Below, one piece after another: positions 41,301 to 47,050 of a stretch of 53,238 nucleotides of DNA. Numbering within the stretch: position 1 is the stretch's first letter; every line of letters begins with the position of its first letter. The stretch spans positions 1-53,238 of the forward strand of contig RDNZ01000017.1 in NCBI GenBank assembly GCA_011364905.1. Direction: 5' to 3'. The notes under the pieces are model-generated. The model was given only the letters and a program-made list of their open reading frames with translations. It had not been told where the DNA came from and did no database searches. A program made the position numbers and the translations under genes. The stretch comes from Candidatus Thorarchaeota archaeon (lineage in GTDB: Archaea > Asgardarchaeota > Thorarchaeia > Thorarchaeales > Thorarchaeaceae).

Positions 41301-43986
41301 AACAAACCCGCTTCTAGCGGACAGTGACTTTGATGGTTTATCAGACTCTCAGGAGATTGCCATGGGCCTTAACCCGATGATCAACAACTTCGTCGCGAAT
41401 GCAGGCATCATTATCGCAGTTGTAGCAATCATCGTAGTGGTGATTGTTTACTGGAGGAAGGTCCGCATTCCTCAGCAGAAGGCAAAGAAGCGACAGATGG
41501 TTGAGCTTTTCATCGAGAACAGCAGGGAACGAGGGGAGGTCGATGACTATTATATTGAGGAGAACTCGCCCTTGTGGTATGTTGGGACCATCTTTGCATC
41601 TTACAAGAAGAAAGGAGGCAAACAGAGAGATCCCGCTCCGGTCCTTGAACACTTAGTGACCAACGAATTCCCAGGAAGCTTTGAACAGGGAGCAGAGAAG
41701 ACGCTGATGGGCATGTGCCTTGAACTTGCTGCACATCAGGAGTTCTCATTCCTCTCATGGCTGAGTGCAGCTATCACCAAGAAGATGGCGGCTGGGCAGT
41801 TCTCGTTGAAACTGAAAGATAATGACTTCAGAATGAAATGTTGGCAGGTGGCACAGTTAGGAACTCCTGCTTGGAGGTCACGTGGACTAACAAATGAAGA
41901 TAGGGCAAAACTGTCAAACATCATTACAGAGCTGCAGAGTAAAAAGGATCTCCAAGACGAGTTCATCCCCTATGTCGCTCAAGTGTTGATGGTCTCATGG
42001 GACAGCTCAGCAATGTCTCGCTCGTGGATTGCGGATCTGTTCAAACCAATGTCATTTGAATACAAGTTTGAATTCCTAATGCAGTTTCGTAAGGTCGGTG
42101 GGACCTATGAGAAGATGTTGTTGCTTGATGGCATACTGAGCGGAATCAAACTCAAGGAGCTCTTAGATAAACCTGAGGAGGAGTGGGAGAAGATAATCTC
42201 CGAAATTGTAGGAGCCGGATACGCCAGTAGACCAATTCCTTTTGACACAGATGACATTGCTGGGTTCCCCTTTGAGAAACGCTTCAGCATGGCTTCTGTG
42301 ATCCAGAAGAACAAGACAGACCTCAAGAACGAAGAGAGCTTCTCTAAACTCCTCTTTGTTGACGCAAAGGACCACAAGAAGTTCTATGACTACGAGATTC
42401 CTCAGGGCATCCTAACGCATAGTATGAACATGCTGAAGAGCCGTGTCCGTGAAACTCCTGCCTACATCAGCATCAATCGTGTTGGCATACTGAGCGTGCT
42501 TCGTGAATACCAAGATAAGCGGATAGATTTGGAAACGATGATGTCGTTTGTGAATAATGTTCCAGAAAGTATTCAGGATAAGATTCATGCCAATCCTGGC
42601 ACACGTGGAGCCTTCAGATATGCAATTAGTACAGTCATCATCGAGAAAGTCAGGAAAAGCGACTTCGATTCAGTAGCGCCGCTTTTGAAGATCTATCGCG
42701 AACCGTTTGATCTTGTTCTCAACTTTGTGGAAAAGACGATTAATCAGACTCTTGTGGCTCATGGCAATGACAAGAATCTGCAGCAGTTCTTACTCACACT
42801 ACAGGCTGAACTCCTAGAGTCTGGTTCTGACAAGAAGAGTGTCAGGAAGATTGTAGATTGGTTGAAGCTTTGGAGTCTGATCTATGAAACGACAAAAGGT
42901 GCAAAGCAACATCATGGATATGTGGCTGGTTTACTCGACGTGGTTAAGGAAACAAAGGGATCTTTTGAACCCAGAGCGATAACCGAACAAGTCCTGACTA
43001 TCATAAATGACGAGTTTGAAAGAACCGTCAGAATATTCAGAGGTACTCCGCGACTAGACAACCTGACATATCGAACTAGAACTGATGCAGCCAAGGCATG
43101 GATGGAATCAGTAAAACATGCGTACTACAAACTCCTACTGATGGCCGATAATAGCGGACTCGAACTCTCCGATGATGACCGGGACCATATGAGAAAGGTT
43201 GCGCACGAGATTCTAGGATTCGTCATAAGGGTCAGGAGAGAGGACTTCCTTGAGAGAATGGAGCATTTCCCGATAGACATTGGTGATGTCATAGACCCAG
43301 GGCATCTGCTAAAGAGTAGCATTGAGAAGTCCCATTTCGTCCTTCTTCCCGAATCGTTCCACACCTTTCCATTACCTGCACTGATAGTGCTGAACGAGTT
43401 TCTTAGGAATCCCATCAGACTGCCATTTGTCGGAAACAAGCAGCAAGGAGTTCTGATTAACCCGATGTTCTGGGTGTTTGGGGCCTCAATTAGCCTGGCT
43501 CTTATACCGACCATGGTGATGGCTGAGCAAACATACAGCAATTATTTCATCGGGGAGTACCTAAAGACTGCTGCATTGGCGGTGAAGCAGGCAGAAGAAC
43601 CCATTGGAAAACTGCTCATCAAGGTTGACCCCAACCTGACAGCTGAGAATATGATTGTGAAGTCATTCAAGCAGCTTATGGATTTGCATTACCTACAAGG
43701 AGTCATAACGAGAGAGATGGTTATTGTTGCCCTCGAGTTTGGAGGTTGGAATACTGCTCTTGCGGACAAGATCATCGAGGAGAAAGACTACTGTGTATAC
43801 TGCTCGTTCGAGCTGCCAAAAGACGCTGAAACATGCCCCAACTGCGGAAAGCCCGTCGTGGTGCTTGATGTGTCAGCCATCACGCCGGATGAAGTACAAG
43901 TAGACCTCTCTGAACTTGGTCTCGATATGGCCGAAGGCGGTCCAACCGAGCCTAGACCTGGTGGCGGAGGTTTGGAGGTGGAATAA
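32317..43986 (+). CDS. giant (3889 aa) surface/receptor-like protein: signal peptide, four SBBP beta-propeller modules, D-x-D-x-DG Ca-binding repeat tracts, TM helix, ~840-aa C-terminal region with zinc ribbon
   Basis: FTENKGQ N-domain. Repeated YSTY.GGS..D....IA.D..G..YV.G.T.S.DFP blades. DSD.D.MPDGWE...GL.P repeats. TM AGIIIAVVAIIVVVIVYW at 41401-41454. CVYC/CPNC near the end. GTG start after GAGGTGGAG. Confidence 0.9.
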   Translation: MTDVTSFARSVRIEKSKASALLLLALLTLPSLIASAAPINDNATLGTSELIQELQPAPDESIDKEAVIEQAQSFMRSQFTENKGQVGNDEVMFYGNIPNGMIGFGISRVFVWLEGSDRSMIFDFVDSNQVVPSGGCVTFSRSNYFLGDRGTYTDINSFTEIWYPNLWSGIDLVYRATPNGAKYEYHVAPGADPQNIAVDVQNYDELLVSDTSLIVKTSGLPFFDNGLIAFQDMTEVKVGFDQIGSSTFGFSIESYDNSKSLIIDPLIYSTYVGGDSEENPQDVAIDSTGAAYVTGSTHSEGFPMVNPFDGTFSGPSGGSDIFVYKLNAAGNGLIYSTYVAGNEWETGWGIEVDSSGYAYVAGFTRSDDFPTVNAYDSTYDFGMDCVVFKLNQTGNGLEFSTYVGGSWYYDEAYDLAIDATGNSYVTGYTQSTNFPRVNAYDSSHNGGDDCFIFKLSSTGSTMIYSTFFGGSGDDRGRSIDIDQFGNAYVTGQTTSSDLPIINGIDDTYSGSTDCFVLKLSSAGNVVDYSSYLGGTGIDEGYGIRVKDVNQTYITGGTTSVDFPATGGYDSSHNGDRDIFLTYLNIADNTMPYSTYIGGTGYERADALHIDDYGSVYLVGFTLSSDFPMINSYDDTYDGNSDAFVLKVNSAGTSILYSTFFGGADYDYGRGIAVDSDGYAYVVVDTNGGVPIVSAYDATYNGGSDPCSFKLADLGDSDSDLLIDYLEVMNGTDRYNPDSDFDKVKDGHEVILYGTDPLNASEPTWASTVGYSTLVGGSSEDIPTDITVDHLGNVYVVGITHSTDFPMYMSFNDTYAGAWYDAFVFKLSPDGSNLIFSTFIGGSGEDYGLAIEVDVLQNVYVTGVTESSDFPIFNALFDSYTDTDCFVLKLNPSGDTLIFSTFVAGGNTDEPWDIFVDSSYNVYVSGTTYSTDFPTVNAYDSVYDGIGSECFVFKLNSTGNGLFYSTYFGGNSTEEVGVLAVDESGSVYLTGMTESKDLPLKNPFDSINEDHDLFLCKLNSTGNGLEFSTYLGGSGYEIVCSIQLDSAGDIYICGSAMASEFPYTTMIGSSADSDDIFVMKFNSTGNGLIFSTIVAGTDWDEPLSMEIDSTGAAYVASPTDSIDLPVVNTDLSPPGSYDSYVMKLSPDGTHLEFSSYIGGSGIDTDPYLALDSFGRVYVTSLTTSSDIPFVNEYDDTPNGGDDVFVIRLDWSIDSDSDGLPDFWEDEFGLNSSDASDALENWDADGLTNIEEYQNSCDPTDDDTDNDTLSDSDEVYVYGTNPTNNDTDYDLMPDNWEILNSLNPLLDDSSGDLDADQISNIVEYQIGSDPDDSDTDNDLMPDGWEYQNSLDVLVNDADDDADTDDATNLLEFNAGTDPNDPDSDDDLLTDGQELNTYSTDPLDPDSDNDNLTDFQEIITYGTNPLVVDSDLDNLSDGDEVLLYSTNPLDVTDPGWNEALTYSSYFGGSSSDNAWDIALDSAGNIYVVGSTYSSNLPLMNQYDGTLAGTTDCFVMKMDPTGSTLLFSTYIGGGSSENGRVIEVDESGNVFVCGDTQSSDFPTVSAYQSSHAGSYDLFVLKLHSSGSSLIYSTYLGGSEHELEPGMCIDNDGNAYIVGRTGSSDFPVFNGYDMTHDSMSDGFLTKINATGNGVYFSTFVGTNGDDFASAVAIDSGRNIYVAGRTSSYVGFSTSGAYDEIHNGGYDAYVLRVDSTGSTLEYCTYLGGGLGVGSGTVEYYEFAEDIAVDLNGSVYVTGFARSYNFPVVNGFPKPESGGDDCFVAKFNPDLSSLLYSTFLGGQSDDQGYSIFVDSLGNAYVTGYTDSPEFPVKIPYDGIFGGSSDIFVSKINATGNGLHFSTFIGGSDTDRAYGIALNATGFIHIAGYTYSTDFPKLNPYDGTYSQTECAIVILADFSDSDSDGLSDYNESLIGTDRLSWDSDSDSLSDKDELDVYLTDPLSNDTDLDLMPDGWEVGLGLDPNSDDSMGDLDTDGLENVYEFLYGTLADNNDTDSDTLLDGLEVYTYGTDPLSVDTDSDMLLDPDEIFVYGTDPTTPYSDSDIMPDGWEIQHGLNPLADDSGGDPDTDLLVNEDEYIWGTDPQNPDTDLDSFTDGYEVHTLGSDPLDPLSPLSSKEPEFSTFIGGSSDDTFYDAIVDSEGNIYITGYVKSSNFPIVGAYDGTYNGNWDTVVVKLNSTGNGVVFSTYIGGSNDERGLEFYIGTDFSVWFTGYTASSNFPTVNAYDSTYNGGWDGFIVHLSANGSSLLYSTFIGGSGDDLAEFITFDDDGYLYLSGFTRSSNFPVVNGYDTTFNGDRDAFALKMQPDLHGFVFSTFLGGSGYDYTYGSRIAANGDFLIAGVTTSTNFPMLNSFDSTYNGGDDIFVTRLNAAGNALIFSTYIGGSGEEYFGKFDLDQQENLLMGGSTMSSDFPTRNAYDSTFNGGRDAFALKLASNGSALYFSTYIGGSGSDTVYGVQVDRWNNIHLSGVTTSTDLPVKNAFQNESQGMDDTFVFKINSTGNGLLYSTYLGGSADDGQRGMAIDKLGRVYIVGWTQSSDHPVVNAYDDTINSVSDGFITCFRPLDDEDSDGIPDDIEILLGTNRFSNDSDSDSMIDGWEYFHGLDPLVNDSYLDLDSDSLLNIEEYALGTFPETNDTDSDMMPDAYEVFYGLNPWVNDASTSLDNDSLSNLLEYQLGTLPNYWDSDYDLMPDDFEYWYGLDPLVDDADGDLDSDTLTNLEEFYIGTFPNNIDSDYDLMPDGWEVDNGLLPWFDDGGDDHDGDDLTNYEEFVLGTDPQDSDSDSDLMPDGWEYSYGLDPLVNDAGLDGDSDGLSNLGEYNAQTDPTNSDSDSDLMPDGWEVSNGLNPIADDASNDPDSDTLTNLEEYLNGTDPLSSDSDSDTMPDGWELDNGLNPLLDDGDADADSDELSNALEYEYGTDPQVADSDSDNLIDGQEITYGTDPLIDDTDIDMLLDGDEVHQYGTDPTLYDTDHDTLSDGEEVLIYGTNPLLADSDFDGLSDSQEIAMGLNPMINNFVANAGIIIAVVAIIVVVIVYWRKVRIPQQKAKKRQMVELFIENSRERGEVDDYYIEENSPLWYVGTIFASYKKKGGKQRDPAPVLEHLVTNEFPGSFEQGAEKTLMGMCLELAAHQEFSFLSWLSAAITKKMAAGQFSLKLKDNDFRMKCWQVAQLGTPAWRSRGLTNEDRAKLSNIITELQSKKDLQDEFIPYVAQVLMVSWDSSAMSRSWIADLFKPMSFEYKFEFLMQFRKVGGTYEKMLLLDGILSGIKLKELLDKPEEEWEKIISEIVGAGYASRPIPFDTDDIAGFPFEKRFSMASVIQKNKTDLKNEESFSKLLFVDAKDHKKFYDYEIPQGILTHSMNMLKSRVRETPAYISINRVGILSVLREYQDKRIDLETMMSFVNNVPESIQDKIHANPGTRGAFRYAISTVIIEKVRKSDFDSVAPLLKIYREPFDLVLNFVEKTINQTLVAHGNDKNLQQFLLTLQAELLESGSDKKSVRKIVDWLKLWSLIYETTKGAKQHHGYVAGLLDVVKETKGSFEPRAITEQVLTIINDEFERTVRIFRGTPRLDNLTYRTRTDAAKAWMESVKHAYYKLLLMADNSGLELSDDDRDHMRKVAHEILGFVIRVRREDFLERMEHFPIDIGDVIDPGHLLKSSIEKSHFVLLPESFHTFPLPALIVLNEFLRNPIRLPFVGNKQQGVLINPMFWVFGASISLALIPTMVMAEQTYSNYFIGEYLKTAALAVKQAEEPIGKLLIKVDPNLTAENMIVKSFKQLMDLHYLQGVITREMVIVALEFGGWNTALADKIIEEKDYCVYCSFELPKDAETCPNCGKPVVVLDVSAITPDEVQVDLSELGLDMAEGGPTEPRPGGGGLEVE

Positions 43987-43989
43987 CAT

Positions 43990-44691
43990 ATGATGAATTT
44001 AAAGTTAGAAGATTTCGGTCTGTTGCATCCGATTTACCCTAAAGGAACTATGAAATTCAAAGGAACAGGTTTGATGACAGCAAAGACATTGAAGCTATGT
44101 CCTAACTGTTTGTTGCCAGGAAACATCATGGAGCACTTTGGCCCATTTGTCGTCGGAATGTGGAGAGTGACCATCCCCATTTCCACCCATAGGGAATGTA
44201 GTTCTGGCTGGTCAAATAGGAACATTTCAGGAAGTACACGGGTTTGGGCCGAATCAGGGTATCCCGGATACATATGTTTTGACTTCAAGAATCCAGTCTA
44301 TGCAATGCTCTTTTCAAGAATCAACTTTCAGGCTTTGTTTGATGGCGGAGGTCGACCACTGACTGCAAGATACGATGATGAACTTGCAAGACTTAGAAGG
44401 GTCCAGAGAGAACGCCAAAACAAGTTGGGAACATGTCCAAGGTGTAAAAATGACCTCTATGAGGAAGCAGATTCGTGTCCCTCTTGCGGGCTCAGTAGGA
44501 AAACGTCATGGGTGAGAATGACGCCAAGACCGAGTGAAGAAGTAACAGAGTCAATGGAGAGCTTAGAAGTTGTTGTCAAATGCGCCGAGTGCGGAACACT
44601 GATGCTCAAAGAACCAAAGTTGAAAAACTGCGGAAAGTGTGGAAGCCCACTCAAGGACCAGGAATCAAAAGAGGAAACGGAAACCGCATAG
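43990..44691 (+). CDS. multi-zinc-ribbon protein, probably co-transcribed with the giant gene
   Basis: CPNC/HREC, CPRC-CPSC and CAEC-CGKC; starts 3 nt after the giant gene stop. Confidence 0.8.
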   Translation: MMNLKLEDFGLLHPIYPKGTMKFKGTGLMTAKTLKLCPNCLLPGNIMEHFGPFVVGMWRVTIPISTHRECSSGWSNRNISGSTRVWAESGYPGYICFDFKNPVYAMLFSRINFQALFDGGGRPLTARYDDELARLRRVQRERQNKLGTCPRCKNDLYEEADSCPSCGLSRKTSWVRMTPRPSEEVTESMESLEVVVKCAECGTLMLKEPKLKNCGKCGSPLKDQESKEETETA

Positions 44692-44698
44692 AACCAAC

Positions 44699-45616
44699 TC
44701 ATTGTTCAAAAAACTCAATCTCAATTGGTTGGTTCCTAATGACATAGTACTGTTTGAGTTTGAGCTTGACAGAACTATTGGTTTCTCTCTGACTGTCATA
44801 ATAGGCAAACAGGCGGACCGCACAATTGTACCCAGCAGAGATACCTATGTATCCACTATCAAGTGTCAGGTTTACAGGTTGGGATACGACATCAATTGGG
44901 GCCCATCCGATTTGAGGATCATAGACCTCAGCCCATGAATGCATCTTCCATGAACGACGATGCCGCTGTAGACCCACCATTGCTCTAGAGGGGATGTTAT
45001 TGTTTCTAGCTAGAGCTAGGAAGAGATGAACAAAGTCGCTACATGTGCCTCGTCGAGACCTCAGGGTTTCAAGTGCGCCTCTGTAGTTTTTGTCCTGCAA
45101 ATCGTAGCTATAAACGATGTATGTATTCACCCATTGCGCAATTGCGCGGACAGCAGACCAAAAGCTTTGGTCCTCATTTACAATCTCGCTAGCCAATTGG
45201 CTGATCTCATCAGCACCGGTCTCAATATAGTCATGCGATTCCAGATAGTCCGCGATATCAGGAATTTCTTTTAAAATTTCAGGGAGGTCAGCAATACTGG
45301 TAGCATCACTAATCCTGTATGGATTGCGCCTTTCGAAATCTATGTTCAAGATAATATTTGCACTTGCTTGTTTAGTGCGCGGATCAAATGCTTGATGATT
45401 GATTTCGAGGTTGTATAATGTCGACCATCTCTCATGAGTCACCTTGAAGGGATGGTTTATGCCAATTAGCTCAATCTTTTGGCGTGGGTCAGATGAAGGG
45501 CACTTAAGAAAAACACGGAGCGTGTCGAAATCTCCATCAACATGATTCAGCATTGTATGAATGATGACCATGTTATTCCAACGAGGTATTGACACGCAGG
45601 TTAACTCTCCGAACAA
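44699..45616 (-). CDS. transglutaminase-like cysteine protease/ligase
   Basis: GTCSDFVHLFLALAR..NIPSR, HSWAEVY and GWAPID (Cys-His-Asp triad). Start is TTG 45616 or ATG 45571. Confidence 0.92.
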   Translation of the reverse strand: MFGELTCVSIPRWNNMVIIHTMLNHVDGDFDTLRVFLKCPSSDPRQKIELIGINHPFKVTHERWSTLYNLEINHQAFDPRTKQASANIILNIDFERRNPYRISDATSIADLPEILKEIPDIADYLESHDYIETGADEISQLASEIVNEDQSFWSAVRAIAQWVNTYIVYSYDLQDKNYRGALETLRSRRGTCSDFVHLFLALARNNNIPSRAMVGLQRHRRSWKMHSWAEVYDPQIGWAPIDVVSQPVNLTLDSGYIGISAGYNCAVRLFAYYDSQRETNSSVKLKLKQYYVIRNQPIEIEFFEQ

Positions 45617-45671
45617 GTGCTTGAGCTATTGGTGGCATCGATTTTGAGATTTACTATTCTGCAATTAGACC

Positions 45672-47033
45672 TTATTCATCGTCGTCTTCGATATCTTCCT
45701 CTTCTGAATACTCGAGTTCTTCGTCTTCGTGCTCAGTCTGATCCTCATCAACAGTATCATCTTCCCCGGAAACTTCAGCTTCATCCTCGGCTTCAACCTC
45801 GTCGGGCTCTTCCTCCTCTTCCTCTGGCGCTTCAACATCAGCGGATCTTGGAGCCTCCTTTACAAGGAAGTCTCTATACATGGTGGCTCTCGGGAAGTAC
45901 TCAACAATCGTACGATAGAGGCCTCTACTGTCTGACGCAAGCACAAGTAGGTTAACATCTTTCGGTCGTTTTCCGAAGAATCCAGGCTTTTTCCTTTTCA
46001 CATAGACCTCAATTATTTTGATGATTGTGGGATACCCGTAATCGCTGTAGTCTTGTTCGTGTCGAATCTTGACATCAATCCGAGATATGGTGTCCCATTC
46101 TACAAGATTTGCCGACAGATGTGACATCGTTTCATGCCAAATGTAGAGAATTCCATCGGGTTTTATGGCGAAGGTTGTCGGAACCAAGACATCTTCCAAC
46201 TGGAAATTCTGTCTAACGGTTTCAAGCTGCCGTCTCCAATCAAGTGCCAAATCCTTAGAGTATGTTGGCCGAGTATCCATCTTCGATAGTAGCTCCTCCA
46301 GGTAGTCAACTTTCATCATCATGGTATTGAGCTTGAACTCATTCTCTTCCATCGGGATGAATGCGTTTATCAATTCGGTGTCACCAATCTCCCTTGCTGA
46401 TTCAGAAGACTGCAGAACACGACGGAACTCGTTGAGGAACTCCATCTCGACAGAATTGCTCACATCAGGTTGCAACGTTGAAACTTCGATTTCAGTGAAC
46501 TCCTCTTTTTCAAAAGACTTTGTTTCTGAGGACTCTGCGTCTGAATCATCATTGAGATCTTCACTTTCAACTAAGGTAGATGTTCTTTTCAGGATTCCAT
46601 TGAATCCCTTAACCGCATTGTTGATGGGATCCACGACGATACCAAGGAATTCCGGAGAGAGTCGGGTCAAGTCTCTGAAGCTCCTGAAGTCTGTCCCCGA
46701 AAAGAAGACTCCAAGACCAGGATGGGTATGAATCCAAGCCCCCGATCTGAAGTTGTACAACTCTTTCTTGTCTGAGGTAAGCCGAATAATCTGCTTTGTC
46801 ACAAGTGGGAACACTTCTTTTCTAAACTCACAGTAGGCACCGGATTGGATCTTCTGCGGTGGCAGGACAATACCTCTTACATGAAAGGTATCGCCTTCCT
46901 GAAATCCAACGCAAACACCGCCCCATTCTGATGCGCCATACAGTTTCGTATAGACTCGGAATTGCTCATATACAGATTCATCAATGGTTACACGTTGAGG
47001 AATCTCCGGTTGATCATAGTTTGATGTAATTAT
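45672..47033 (-). CDS. JAMM/MPN+ metallo-isopeptidase (Rpn11/AMSH-like) with coiled-coil, PH-like region and acidic tail; N-terminus extends beyond the ORF-track start
   Basis: WIHTHPGLGVFFSGTD (H-x-H-x7-S-x2-D) and GIVVDP. The frame stays open upstream of 46814 to 47054, encoding RVTIDESVY...SEWGGVCVG (catalytic Glu). The start is uncertain (ATA 47033, ATT 47030, CTG 47045 or ATA 47054). Confidence 0.88.
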   Translation of the reverse strand: MITSNYDQPEIPQRVTIDESVYEQFRVYTKLYGASEWGGVCVGFQEGDTFHVRGIVLPPQKIQSGAYCEFRKEVFPLVTKQIIRLTSDKKELYNFRSGAWIHTHPGLGVFFSGTDFRSFRDLTRLSPEFLGIVVDPINNAVKGFNGILKRTSTLVESEDLNDDSDAESSETKSFEKEEFTEIEVSTLQPDVSNSVEMEFLNEFRRVLQSSESAREIGDTELINAFIPMEENEFKLNTMMMKVDYLEELLSKMDTRPTYSKDLALDWRRQLETVRQNFQLEDVLVPTTFAIKPDGILYIWHETMSHLSANLVEWDTISRIDVKIRHEQDYSDYGYPTIIKIIEVYVKRKKPGFFGKRPKDVNLLVLASDSRGLYRTIVEYFPRATMYRDFLVKEAPRSADVEAPEEEEEEPDEVEAEDEAEVSGEDDTVDEDQTEHEDEELEYSEEEDIEDDDE

Positions 47034-47038
47034 AGGGT

Positions 47039-47043
47039 CCTCC
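47039..47043 (-). promoter_or_regulatory. Shine-Dalgarno-like GGAGG ahead of the candidate non-canonical JAMM start
   Basis: Minus strand reads GGAGG-ACCCT-ATA-ATT in the JAMM frame. Confidence 0.5.
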
Positions 47044-47050
47044 AGTTTTG

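Noticed and set aside
33100-41390. Extensive repeats inside the giant gene considered as CRISPR, DGR or tandem DNA repeats
   Set aside because: They are degenerate at DNA level and conserved at protein level (SBBP blades, DxDxDG repeats). No constant repeat-spacer pattern and no reverse transcriptase.
43790-44691. RING-type E3 among the Cys-rich segments
   Set aside because: The spacing fits simple CxxC zinc ribbons, not C3HC4/C3H2C3 cross-brace RINGs.
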